Below, piece after piece: positions 13,995-26,800 of a stretch of DNA of 64,000 nt (the stretch's first letter is position 1; every line of letters starts with the position of its first letter). The translations under genes were made by a program, and so were the position numbers. The DNA comes from Octopus vulgaris (taxonomy: Eukaryota): positions 135,842,001 through 135,906,000 of the forward strand of contig OX597814.1 in assembly GCA_951406725.2 (NCBI GenBank), written 5' to 3'. The notes below the pieces were generated by a model. The model was not told where the DNA came from, made no database searches, and was given only the letters and a program-made list of their open reading frames with translations.

Positions 13995-14384
13995 ATACAT
14001 AGATATGTGCTAATACACATTAAGGCATCTCAGTTTCCAGGAAATTATAATTCTTGGGCGATCAGAAGCTAATTTTTCTTTTTCATTTTTTGACTTTTAT
14101 TTCTTGATTTAAAGTTCTGAGCACTAGAAAACAAGAAGCATGAACATAAGATTTTATTCCACAAAATACACATATACTTGTATGGAAAACTAACAATTTA
14201 TGATAAATAAAAGAAAAAAAAAATTTCTAAATATCAAAAAAATTTTCAGTAAGATTGATGGCATTGTTTCAAGATGAATACATTTTTGATGGTTTTGTGG
14301 CAAAAATTTGATCGCAAATTTGTGACAAAGAGCCCTGCTACAGAATAGGCTCTGTCTGTTTAGCTGGAAGTTGGAAGAATGGTA

Positions 14385-14385
<1 letters not shown>

Positions 14386-14438
<53 letters not shown>

Positions 14439-14529
14439 ATCAATTAATCTATCTATCTATCTTTCTATCTATATATCTATCTGTATGCATACATACATAC
14501 ATACATACATACATACATACATACATACA

Positions 14530-14591
<62 letters not shown>

Positions 14592-14634
14592 CATATATAT
14601 ATATAAAATATATATATATATATAATATAATATA

Positions 14635-14714
<80 letters not shown>

Positions 14715-14728
14715 CATACATACATACA

Positions 14729-14763
<35 letters not shown>

Positions 14764-14779
14764 GTATATATATATATAC
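14386..14779. repeat. compound microsatellite (CTAT)n-(CATA)n-(TA)n
   Basis: Direct reading. Confidence 0.95.
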
Positions 14780-14895
14780 AGATTGGTGCCTGTTGCACCC
14801 TTCTGCTTGCCAGTCCTCTGTCAAACCGTCCAACCCATGCCAGCATGGAAAGCGGATGTTAAATGATGATGATATGTATACACACACATGTATAA

Positions 14896-15250
14896 GCAAA
14901 GTAGTTAGTTCTAAAATATCTATAAGAAATGTAAGTCGTAACAATATTGAAAATTAAAGTTTGTTGCCACTTTGCTTGTTGCAAAATCAGCAACTGAATG
15001 TTGCTTACTTTTCTATATATTGTGAGCTAGGATGAATGACTGTCATGTCAAGCAGACATGTGGCCGGTACTGGCGAAGGATAATACCCTGAAACCAGACT
15101 GGTATACTTGTGTTATCACTTGCAATATATTGGACACAAGTTGTGTTATTAACTAGCTGCAGGTGATGTCCTCCTGGGGGTTAAAAAAATGGTAGTAACA
15201 TAGTTCCATATCGAACAACCATGTTGAAGTGGCAACAAACATTACTTTCA
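14896..15250 (+). mobile_element. Short hammerhead-bearing element (Penelope pLTR/retrozyme-like) with 5' inverted segment
   Basis: Homologous to 50831-51210 in opposite orientation; 14896-14972 is inverted relative to the rest. Confidence 0.65.
15066..15108 (+). ncRNA. Minimal type-I hammerhead ribozyme motif (core variant CUGGCGA)
   Basis: ggta-CTGGCGA-aggataataccct-GAA-ACCAGaCTGGT-A-tact: stems I, II, III pair; GUA site; one core substitution. Confidence 0.7.
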
Positions 15251-16045
15251 TATACATATGTGTGTGTGTGTGTGTGTGTATGTGTGTATAGACAAAACAC
15301 TGCTCCTTTAAATGGAAACCTTAACTGTCATTGTGATTTTGTAGCAAAAAGCAAAGCAAGCCTTGCTGTCCATTCAAGAAAACACAGTGAACGATCCACA
15401 AACACTCAAGCAAACTGAGTTCTCAACTCGTTCCATTTCACAAAAGGTTTGCAAGGCACTAGCAGGCCTCAAGAGATACATTTGTGTCCATAGAACATGG
15501 TTAACATTTTATTTTACTGAATCCTTAGTGGTTCAGGTAAATAGACCAATAGAATAAGTATTAGACTTCAAAAATGGTTGGTAAAATGAGGATAATGATG
15601 AGTCATAAGCTCTGAATCTACAGTTTGATCATCATCCTCAAATGTATTTTCAAACTCATTGTTGTCATTGCAAAGGTCATGAGTTTCATTTTAGTTTCAT
15701 CATAAATTTCAGGTTCCTAATAACTCCCCACCCTAAAAAAAAAAGACAAAAGTAAAAACCATCACAGGCAGGCACAGGAAGTGCCAATGCATAACAAAAT
15801 TGATGCTTACAATTAACATCCTCACCAAATTTAACTGGCACTCACTCCATCGGTTAGAACTGCAAAAATATTTTTTTCTCCAAATCAAAGTTAAATTCAG
15901 AAAGCATTGTTTCTTAAATTTTGTTGATTTTTGTTTTCGACAAGTAATACTTCCACAAATTTTGATCATTTCTAAATTCCAGAACTTACCAATGATAGCA
16001 CACTCACAATGAGAAACTTTTGATTATGCAAGGAGTGGTTATATT

Positions 16046-16472
16046 GGCGTAGGAGTGGCTGTGTGGTAAGTAGCTTGCTTATGAACCACATGGTTTCGGG
16101 TTCAGTCCCACTGCATGGCACCTTGGGCAAGTGTCTTCTACTATAGCCTCGGGCCAACCAAAGCCTTGTGAGTGGATTTGGTAGATGGAAACTGAAAGAA
16201 GCCCATCATATATATGTATATATATATATATGTACGTTTGTGTGTCTGTGTTTGCCCCCCCCCCTCCCTACTAAAAATTGCTTGACAACTGATGCTGGTG
16301 TGTTTACGCCCCCATAATTTAGCAGTTTGGCAAAAGAGACCGATAGAATAAGTACTAGACTTACAAAGAATAAGTCCTGGGGTTGATTTGCTTGACTAAA
16401 GGCGGTGCTCCAGCATGGCTACAGTCAAATGACTGAAACGAGTAAAAGAGTAAGAGAGTAAAAGAGTAAAAG
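16046..16472 (+). mobile_element. tRNA-derived SINE, family A (best-preserved copy)
   Basis: A-box-like tggctgtgtggt, B-box-like ggttcagtccc, CORE-like ggcaccttgggcaagt, internal (TA)/(TG) tract, (gagtaaaa)n tail; further copies at 8750-9120, 16560-17240, 25320-25700, 44515-44910, 53636-53815. Confidence 0.85.
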
Positions 16473-16930
16473 GGTACATATTTCACTAAAGAAATACTGA
16501 AATTTTTTCAGAGTTTCATTTTCTGTTAATTATTTCTGTCATTATCTTTTTTCTTCTATCTTTTACTTGTTTCAAGTCAGTGGATTGTGGCCATGCTGGG
16601 GCACTGCCATGAAAAATTTTTAGTCAAACGAATTGACTCCAGTACTTACTTCTAAGCCTGGTACTTATTCTATTGGGTTTTTTTTACCAAACAGCTAAGT
16701 TACAGGATGTAAAAAAACCATCACTGGTTGTCAAGCAGCGATGGGGAACAAACACAGACACAAAGGCACACACATATACATACATACATACACACATACA
16801 TACATACATACATTCATACATGCATACATACATACATACATACATACATACATACATACATACATACGTACATGCATACATACGTACATACGTACATACA
16901 TACATGCACACATACACACATACATACACA

Positions 16931-16961
<31 letters not shown>

Positions 16962-17854
16962 CGTACATGCATACGTACATACATACATACATACATACAT
17001 ACATACATACATACATACATACATACATACATACATACATTCATACATACATATATATACATACATATATTAATATGCGATGGGCTTTCAGTTTCCATCT
17101 ACCAAATCCACTCAGAAAGCTTTGGTTAGCCTTAGGCCATAGTAGAAAAGACTTGCCAAAAGTGCCATGCAGTGAGATTGAACCTGGAACCATATGGTTG
17201 GGAAGCAAACTTCTTACCTCACAGCCATACCTGCACCTATATTAATCTGCTTCTATCACTAATTGCAATGTTTTCGTTTTTCAAATCATTGGCATTGAAT
17301 CATCTGTGTTAAATATGAATCATTATTTGATGAATGCAAACCTTTACCTGCAACAGCTTTCCAAATGAATGCACTTTTAACTATTGCATTTATGGAAAAA
17401 TCAATTAATAGCAACTAGTTTGAATATCTATTTCTTCTTCGCCATCAGTCTGTTTTTACCAAAAAAGGATGTTTTTTTTTATTTGTTGAACCTTATTGAA
17501 GGAGGTTCACCTATTTTAATTATATTAGTTTTTGAGAAATTTCTTTCAGAGCAATTTTGAAATTGTGCAAAAACCTGTTTATTGAACTGTTTGAAAATGT
17601 GAGAGGATTGGATAGTATTGAGAAGGAAGGATGGCTATCAAGTGGAATGGTATGCAGTTCCGCTCGCATTTAATTACAGCAGCAGAATATTACAGTTAGA
17701 GAGATGATGGATGGTGGGGATGGCTTGCAAAGGAAACTGGGTGAGGGGTCCTGTTGTGCACATATATAAATACAGAATCTCAGAGCAAGTCTCTTGAGTA
17801 TGTGCGTGTGTGTGTGTGTGTGTGTGCATGTTGTGTGCATGTTGTGTGCATGTG

Positions 17855-17894
<40 letters not shown>

Positions 17895-18287
17895 TTATGT
17901 GTATGTATGTGTGTATGTATATCATTATCATCATCATCACCATCGTTTAACGTCCGCTTTCCATGCTGGCATGGGTTGGACAGTTTGACTGAGGACTGGT
18001 GAGCAAGATGGCTGCACCAGGCTCCAAACAGATCTGGCAGAGTTTCTACAGCTGGATGCCCTTCCTAACACCAACCACTCTGAGAGTGTAGTGGGTACTT
18101 TTATGTGCCAGTCAGGTGGTACTGGCAACAGTCACGCTCAAATGGTGTTTTTTACATGCCACCTGCACAGGAGCCAGTCCAGCGGCACTGGCAATGACCT
18201 TGCTCGAATGTTGTTTTTCACCTGCGACCGGCTCAAGAGCCAGTAAGGGGACACTGGTAATGATCACGCTTGAATGGTGCTTTTATA

Positions 18288-18325
<38 letters not shown>

Positions 18326-18343
18326 AATATATATATATATATT

Positions 18344-18679
18344 GTGAAGGCGCATGGCTCAGTGGTTAGAGCATCGAGCTTACAATCGTGAGGTTGTGAT
18401 CTTGAATTCCGGACCAGGCTGTGTGTTGTGTTCTTGAGCAAGACACTTTATTCCATGTTGCTCCAGTTAACTCAACTATAGAAATGAGTTGTGACGTCAC
18501 GGGTGCCAAGCTGTATCGGCTGTTGCCTTTCCCTTGGATAACACTGGTGGCATGGAGAGGGGAGGCTGGTATGCATGGGGGACTGCTGGTCTTCCATAAA
18601 CCACCTTGCTCAGACTTGTGACTAGGAGGGTAACTTTCTAGGTGCAAGCCCATGGTCAGTGTCGTGACCGAAGGGGGTC
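18344..18679 (+). mobile_element. tRNA-derived SINE, family C variant
   Basis: gaaggcgcatggctcagtggttagagc head; ttgtgttcttgagcaagacacttt core; second copy 45120-45455. Confidence 0.8.
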
Positions 18680-18702
18680 CCAGGCCATATATATATATAT
18701 AT

Positions 18703-18764
<62 letters not shown>

Positions 18765-19817
18765 TAGATAGATTAGATAGATTAGATAGATAGATAGATA
18801 TCACCAGTAGTTTATATATCCAAAAAAGAAGCACACTCTAAAGCAATAGAGCAGTAAGCACTTTATAGGTGTGAAACCAATGGTCACTCTATGACTGGCC
18901 ATAACATTTAACTTTCTAATATATATATATATATATATGATCCCTTACTTCCAGTCAATAGATAATACGTATATTTTTCCAGATAAATTCCATATGTTAG
19001 TCATGATCCTTGTTTGGGTGGCCCTTTGTAGTGACCAACTAATAGTTATGTAATGATGAGGTATTAGGGTGATTTTATATAATAGTTATCTTTTTTTATA
19101 TTTAAACTGATTTGTATATCCCTCTTATTTAACATGGTTCTAACACCCCTATTAAAACTTTTTAAAATTAAAAGATTTAAATTCTATTTTATACAACATA
19201 ATACTACACAGGCTTTTGCTATACCTTGACTATAAACTTTTTCCCTCTGAGCCCTTAAGGTTTTCCTAGATCCCAGCATAGCATTCTAATTTTCATAGTG
19301 TATGCCTCTTTAACTGAAAATAATGACAAGAGTTAATGTCATGATACCCTACCTCTTTTATGGGCTTTTACTGCTATCTAGTTAACTCCTAAAGTGTATT
19401 GCTTTTTGTGGTGAGGGGTATCTATGGCATTAAGAAATTAAGGAATAGGAGAAACATCCAGTAATATTTATTTATGACCAGTAGCCAGCTATGAGCTGTC
19501 AACTCACAATCTTCTTTGTTCTCAGTAGTATGTTAGGCTTAGATCTTTTGTTGATGATAAGAAGGTAGATTAAGAAAATTAGAAATGAATTATAATCCTG
19601 TGACCCTCTCTGTGTTCTATGCCACACCAAAATTGTAGTTCTTCTCTTGGAGATTATTCTTGCTGCAATAGTGACAGTATGAAATTCTTTCATCCTCTAG
19701 CTCTGATAAAATGTTTGAGAATCATTATATTAATATATCTTATCTGAACGGTCGTATTGCACTAATATTTGGCATCCTGTTAGTTATTTTGATTATACAT
19801 ATATATATATATATATC

Positions 19818-19963
19818 TTCAGTAAATCACAAATCTAAAAGAGAAGTGCACTCTAAGTTATAGAGCAGTAGAGCGCTTGCTAGTGTGTTTTAGGGTCTGA
19901 AGGAATGCTGTAAAGCTAAATGCTTTATGGACATGAAACCCAGGGTAACCCCACAGACAGGCC

Positions 19964-19965
<2 letters not shown>
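19818..19965 (+). mobile_element. Short hammerhead-bearing element; deleted sister copy at 18803-18915
   Basis: Shared aaaagaagc/tgcactctaa..atagagcagta and GAAAC..GGT. ends; both abut TA/TAGA microsatellites. Confidence 0.6.
19893..19951 (+). ncRNA. Minimal type-I hammerhead ribozyme motif
   Basis: gggt-CTGAAGGA-atgctgtaaagc(taaat)gctttatggacat-GAA-ACCCaGGGT-A-accc; all three stems pair; one extra nt in core. Confidence 0.75.
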
Positions 19966-20041
<76 letters not shown>

Positions 20042-20116
20042 GCCTGCCTGTCTGTCTGCCTGCCTGTCTGTCTGCCTGTCTACCTCCCTCCCTCCCTCCC
20101 TCCCTCCCTACCTACC

Positions 20117-20156
<40 letters not shown>

Positions 20157-20239
20157 AATAAAATAGAACATATGCATATATATAAACATATATGTACGTA
20201 CCTACCTCTACATGTACATATACACGCATATATGTGTAC

Positions 20240-20736
20240 AGGACACCAAAAAGACGTCGAACACATAGAGAGACGAAAAACATAGACACAAACCAAGGAA
20301 CAAGACAAGCAAAAAAAGAGATACAGGACAATAAGCACAACGAAAAATCCCCTTCTTCAGTCGCTAAGGTTTCATCTACTAAACATTTCGAAGGATAAAA
20401 GCGAGACGTATACTTCGAAGAAAACTTCCTTCCTGCGAAAAGCAAATCAATTAAAATTCTGAGATCTTTTCGCAGAGGGGTAAAAAAAGCAAGACGGTAA
20501 CGACAGTACAAACATATAAACAGTAAAAAATATATATATAAACAGTGGAAAAATAAATATATAACAGTGAGAGACAGGACAAGGAGAACAAGATAAGAAG
20601 GGCTGTTAACGCCAGACGAAAAAAGTATTGCAAACGCTGGATTATAGTGGACGACGAGAGAGAAAGAATATCGACCAGTAGCCTTAGAAGGCGGGCGAGA
20701 AAAGACAGGATAGCAGTTACGACGGAAGTATCATCA
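20240..20736. mobile_element. CpG-rich non-coding repeat fragment, possibly Penelope pLTR-related
   Basis: Composition and purine-rich style resemble 53826-54050; lies between duplicated microsatellites. Confidence 0.4.
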
Positions 20737-20802
20737 TCTGTCTGTCTGCCTGCCTGTCTGTCTGTCTGCCTGTCTACCTCCCTCCCTCCCTCCCTACCTA
20801 CC

Positions 20803-20833
<31 letters not shown>

Positions 20834-20837
<4 letters not shown>

Positions 20838-22396
20838 CTGCAGAGATGCTCAAAATATCTGGTAGTGTCGGCTATAGCCTAGTCACCCGTATAGTTAACA
20901 AGGTGATACACGAAGGAGTCATTCCCAATGACTGGTGTAGCAGCATAATAGTCAGCTGCTACAAAGGTAAAGGTGGCACCCTAGATACAAATAACTACAG
21001 GGGTATCAAGCTGCTGGATCAGGTAATGAAGGTTATGGAGAGGGTTATAGCCCAACTAATTAGAGAGAGAGTTAGCCTAGATCAGATGCAGTTTGGGTTC
21101 GTGCCAGGGAAAAGTACTACTGATGCTATTTTCATGGTAAGACAGCTGCAGGAGAAATACCTAGCCAAAGACAAGCCCCTATACCTGGCTTTTGTTGATA
21201 TGGAGAAAGCCTTCGACAGGGTCTCCCGATCCCTTATCTGGTGGTCAATGAGGAAACTAGGGATAGATGAATGGTTAGTGAGAGCTGTACAAGCCATGTA
21301 CAGAGACACTGCTAGTAAGGTGAGGGTTGGCATCGAGTACAGTGAAGAATTCAGGGTAGAGGTTGGGGTCCACCAAGGTTCAGTCCTCAGTCCCCTCCTA
21401 TTTATCATAGTCCTCCAGGCAATAACGGAGGAATTCAAGACAGGATGCCCCTGGGAGCTCCTCTATGCTGATGACCTTGCTCTAATTGCTGAGTCTCTAT
21501 CAGAACTAGAGGAGAAGTTTCAGGTATGGAAGCAAGGTTTAGAATCGAAGGGCCTTAGAATCAACCTAGCCAAAACCAAAGTCCTAATAAGTAGGAAGGT
21601 AGACCAATCACAAACGCCTTCAGGTAGATGGCCCTGCTGAATCTGTAGAAAAGGTGCATCAAGTGTAAGCTATGGACACATAAGAGGTGCAGAAATGTCA
21701 AAGGAAGGCTAACTAGGAAGATGGTTATAGTATGTGGCAGATGCTCAGGAACAATAAACACTGAAAATGCTGAGACCAACTTCCGTCACTTTCCAGGGAG
21801 AAAAACTAGAAGTAGTTGATAGTTTCTGTTACCTAGGTGACCAAGTCAGTAGCGAGGGCGGGTGTGCTGAAAGTGTAACTGCTAGAGTAAGAATAGCCTG
21901 GGCAAAGTTTAGAGAGCTCTTACCCCTGCTGGTGACAAAAGGCCTCTCGCTCAAAGTAAAAGGCAGACTGTATGATGCATGTGTATGTACAGCCATGCTA
22001 CATGGTAGTGAAACTTGGGCTGTGACTGCTGAGGATTTGCGTAAGCTCGCAAGAAATGAAGCTAGTATGCTCCGATGGATGTGTAACGTCAGTGTTCATA
22101 ATCGACAGAGTGTAAGTACCTTGAGAGAAAAGTTGAACCTAAGAAGCATCAGTTGTTGTGTGCAAGAGAGACGTTTGCGCTGGTATGGTCATGTGGCAAG
22201 AATGGCTGAAGATACTTGTGTGCGAAAGTGCCACACCCTGGCAGTTGAGGGGACCTGTGGAAGAGGTAGACCCAGGAAAACCTGGGTCGAGGTGGTGAAG
22301 CATGACCTTCGAACTTTAGGTCTCACCAAGGAAATGACCAGAGACCGAGACCTTTGGAAGTATGCTGTGCGTGAGAAAACCCGGCAAGACCAGTGA
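20834..22396 (+). pseudogene. RTE reverse transcriptase ORF, disrupted (stop at 21638-21640 plus small deletions)
   Basis: ORFs 20846-21640 and 21767-22396 are consecutive parts of one RT. Confidence 0.9.
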
Positions 22397-22480
22397 GAAC
22401 AGTCAAAATCAAACCAAATCAATTCATATATCAGAAAGCAGAACCAAATTGAGGTCGATCAACATCAGGGCCCCCGTGCA

Positions 22481-22975
22481 GGTTCGTGTTCGTTGCCAGC
22501 CTCGCCTGGCCCCCGTGCCGGTGACACGTAAAAGCACCATCCGGTCATGGCCGTTTGCCAGCTCTGTCTGTCCCCCGTGCCGGTGACACGTAAAAGCACC
22601 ATCTGTTCGTGGCCGTTTGCCAGCCCTGTCTGGCCCCTGTGTCGGTGGCATGTAAAAGCACCATCCGTTTGTGTCCGTTGCCAGCCTTGCCTGGCCCCCG
22701 TGCTGGTGACACGTAAAAGCACCATCCGTTCGTGGCCGTTTGCCAGCTCTGTCTGTCCCCCGTGCCGGTGACACGTAAAAGCACCATCCGTTCGTGGCCG
22801 TTTGCCAGCCCTGTCTGGTCCCTGTGTCAGTGGCATGTAAAAGCACCATCCGTTTGTGTCCGTTGCCAGCCTCGCCTGTCCCCCCCCGTGCTGGTGACAT
22901 GTAAAAGCACCATCCGTTCGTGGCCGTTTGCCAGCTCTGTCTGGCACCTGTGCGGGTGGCACGTAAAAAGCACCC
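22481..22975 (+). repeat. ~62-bp tandem array (about 8 units, 185-bp A-B-C higher-order period) in LINE 3' UTR
   Basis: aaaagcacc recurs at about 22530, 22592, 22654, 22715, 22777, 22839, 22903, 22966. Confidence 0.95.
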
Positions 22976-23572
22976 ACTACACTCACGGAGTGGTTGGCAT
23001 TAGGAAGGGCATCCAGCCGTAGAAACACTGCCAGATCTGACTGGGCCTGATGAAGCCTTCCAGCTTCACAGACCCCAGTTGAACCGTCCAACCCATGCTA
23101 GCATGGAAAACGGACGCTAAATGATGATGATGATGATGATGATATACACATACGTACATATATATTGTTGCCATTGTCAACAATGCCATTGTCAGCAAGG
23201 AAGAACAAAAAATGTCAATCACACACATACACACACACACACATACACACACACACATACACACACACACACATGATTGACATTTTTTAAGCATTTCTGA
23301 CTTTCTGTCCTTGACTTCTCAGGTGATTATTCAGTCTTGTGGCAGATGTGCATGGTTTGAGGCATAGGTGACAGAAAAGTTGTAACATACTGTATGCTTC
23401 CAACACACATTGCCATAGCACTTTCAGTGGATGGAATGACAAATGAAGTCACCATAAAGAGAGATTTGTACATTGTGGGATATATAGGCACTAAACACAT
23501 GTAAAACATGAGTACCACTCACTGAGTCCCTGTGATTAATACCCAGTGACTAGCCAATGTGAAATGACCAGT

Positions 23573-23958
23573 GGAGGCGCAATGGCCCAGTGGTTAGGGC
23601 AGCGGACTTGCGGTCGTAGGATCGCGGTTTCGATTCCCAGACCGGGCATTGTGAGTGTTTATTGAGCGAAAACACCTAAAAGCTCCATGAGGATCCGGCA
23701 GGGGATGGTGATGGACCCTGCTGTACTCTTTCACCACAACTCTCTCTCTCTCTTACCTCCTGTTTCTGTTGCACCTGTATTTCAAAGGGCCGGCCTTGTC
23801 ACTCTCTGTGTCACGCTGAATATCCCCGAGAACTACGTTAAGGGTACACGTGTCTGTGGAGTGCTCAGCCACATACACATTAATTACACGAGCAAGCTGT
23901 TCCATTGATTCGGATCAGCCAGAACCCTCGTTGTTGGAACCGACGGAGTGCTTCCATC
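23573..23958 (+). mobile_element. tRNA-derived SINE, family C (well preserved)
   Basis: A box tggcccagtgg, B box ggtttcgattccc, tRNA-like head. Confidence 0.85.
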
Positions 23959-24520
23959 CACATCAGAGTATCCCTCTCCTAGAAGAATGTTGAGGCATGT
24001 AGTTTAGTGGTTAGAGTGTTGGACTCATGATCATAAGATTGTTGTTTTGATGCCTGGACTGGGTGACATGTACTCTTGAGCAAAACACTTCATTTCACAT
24101 TGCTCCAGTCCACTCAGCTGGCAAATATGAATAATCCTGTGATGGACTGGCGTCCCATCAAGGTGGATAACTTCTTTGCTATGGAAACTGGGAAACCAGC
24201 CCTTATGAATCAGCATGACTCGAAAAGGTAACTTTATATTTTTTCTTACCTCTCCTAGAAGGACACCATGGCAACAGCTTGGGGTTCCTCACTCCTGGTG
24301 GTTTTACAGTGTGTCCTGACTCTAACCAAAGGTATATCTCCATCCCTGCACTTAGATTGTCATCACATATATTAGTTAACGTATAGTTGGGAACCAGACA
24401 GGTGCTACAATTCTGGGTTAGAGTAGACCTGGGAACAATACTGGTGGTCCCAGGCTTCTCAAAATCCTGAAACACCCAAACCAGATCCCCACTAATGAAT
24501 GCAATTTAGAATCATGCCCA

Positions 24521-24576
<56 letters not shown>

Positions 24577-25137
24577 GTACATTTCATACATATGTTTGTA
24601 AGCATATATGTATGCATCTACATGTGGATGCACCTATGTGTGTATATCTGTCTATGCAATATCATTTCTAAAAAAAAATCCATTTCTTTGTTGAGATAGG
24701 AACAAACAGTGACAAGAATATCTGTACAAATATTTAATTTCAGGCTATAAACAATAAAAAGAAAGATCTATCTTTTGTCATAAGTATTTTTGTATTTGAT
24801 TATTTAATTTTTGCTATGACATTTTATCCAATGAATTCTTTAGCTTCTCAGCTGCTATAGAAAGATGTCTGACTGCTGTGCTAATGTAGAAAGAAGTGCT
24901 GACTGCTGTACAAAACAGGAAGGAATCAATACTATGACCAATGAGTGGTAACAGACTTTTCACCATAGAAATAGAGAAATTTTCTTGGAAGCTGAAGTAT
25001 GACTAAGTGGAAATATTTTTTCTCCCCTAAAAATTGAAGTGACAGAATTCTGTCCAATTAAATTTATTGTTGTTGGATAGGAAGATGGGGAAAAAAGACA
25101 ACTACAGTTCAAATTGCTGAAATGAAGCAAATATACA

Positions 25138-25171
<34 letters not shown>

Positions 25172-26389
25172 CATACATATATACACGTATATCTGTGTGT
25201 GTGTGCACGCATCCATGTGTGCGTGTGGATGTGAGCGTGCGTGTGTGTGCATATGTGTGTATGCATGTGCATATGTGTGTATGTATACCCATCTATTTAT
25301 GTATGTATTCTTTATTCTTATATTCTTTTATTTGTTTCAGCCATTTGACTGCAGCCATGCTGGAGCACCACCTTTAGTCGAGCAAATCTACCCCAGGACT
25401 TATTCTTTGTAAGCCTAGTACTTATTCTATTGGTCTCCCTTGCCGAACCGCTAAGTGACGGGGACGTAAACACACCCACATTGGTTGTCAAGCGTTGTTG
25501 GGGGACGAACACAGACACACAAACATATATGTATATATATATATATATATACGACGAGCTTCTTTCAGTTTCTGTCTACTAAATCCACTCACAAAGCTTT
25601 GGTCAGCCCGAGGCTATAGTAGAAGACACTTGCCCAAGGTGCCACGCAGTGGGACTGAACCCGAAACCATGTGGTTGGTAAGCAAGCTACTTACCACACA
25701 GCAAGTCCTCTATGTTTGTATGAATACATACAAATGGGCATACATACATGCACAGATACATACACACATGCCATCCTGCCATCAAGCCATCGATCCATGC
25801 ACACACACACACACACACGCACAGGTGAATGTATGCAAGTATATTCCAAGGGTCACAATTTTGTACCTAGATAGTAGAAAGTTTAAATAGGAGTACATCA
25901 CTTCCTGGAAAAGGCCATTGGTTAAGTAACTTCGACTGAAAATTGTTCATTTTAGCTCTTGGCAGAAAAACTAAGAATATTGTATTCCACCAAGCACAGC
26001 AACAGACACTGAAACAACTTAACTCATTTAGAGTAATTACTCAAATTAATTTAGTATTTTGAAAAATTGTGTTTTTCCAGAAAATATTTGGAAACATAAA
26101 TTTTCCTTGGAAATATAAGCATAAATCAACCTGGATGTCACCAGATGACTGAACTGGGAAAACCAGATAGATCACTTTATCATTCAGTGGAAATTGAGGT
26201 GGAGCTTACTTGATGTCAGTATGAAATGAGAGGAAGATGTGGCATCCAGCCATCATCTTGTCCCTGGAACACCAAGGGAATTCGTCTGACAAGTTGGCCT
26301 GGGATTATAGTAGAAGACACTCATCTAAGGTACTATGCAGTGGGACTGAAACTGGAATCATGTAGTTGGGAAGCAAGCTTCTTAATTGC

Positions 26390-26800
26390 ACAGTCATACC
26401 TTTACCTATACTCACATCAAAAATCATTATTTCAGAGAATTGCAGAATTACAAAGCAACCATGCTTTGGGAGTTATGCCAATCCATACACACAGGAAGAT
26501 CAAAGCTAACATGCCAGACATTGTTGTCAAAAGCATAAAACTGCCAGGAAAAGAAGTACCTGCCCGTCAAAGTGTCAATCTTAACAGATGATTATGTATC
26601 TTTTGAAGAAATGGAAAAATTTCTCCAAACCAGAAATAGAGTAAGCCTAAATGTGGGAACTATGAACAGAAACAACCATTACAATGCTAAGTACATAGTG
26701 AAAGATTAAATACACATGTGGACAGACACACATGTAGCCAAAACCCGACAAATATGAATATCATAAGGAAAATAGTCCTACGTGGTTCAAAATAATTATT
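26390..26800 (+). mobile_element. R4/Dong-type LINE endonuclease remnant
   Basis: PIHTHRKIKANMPDIVVK resembles the RLE T-D-x-x-I-x-A-N-R-P-D-I motif. Confidence 0.6.

Larger units (their letters stand above)
20834..23143 (+). mobile_element. RTE-clade LINE, 5'-truncated, with 3' UTR tandem array and (GAT)n tail
   Basis: RT motifs NYRGIKLL, QFGFVPGKSTTDAIF, FVDMEKAFDRV, GVHQGSVLSPLLF, LLYADD; RTE C-terminus RRLRWYGHV..RGRPRKTW; (GAT)n tail. Confidence 0.95.

Noticed and set aside
18940-19795. Penelope RT/GIY-YIG remnant
   Set aside because: Only vague resemblance in broken translations; needs tBLASTn
20345-20400. Minus-strand GAAA...CUGAAGA as a type-II hammerhead
   Set aside because: Stem II is plausible but stems I and III do not pair
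22481-22975. CRISPR array or retron-like RT system
   Set aside because: No unique spacers or cas genes; eukaryotic context; the RT is an RTE LINE and the array is its 3' UTR
23573-23645. tRNA gene (also heads at 16046 and 18344)
   Set aside because: tRNA-like heads continue into SINE bodies repeated many times
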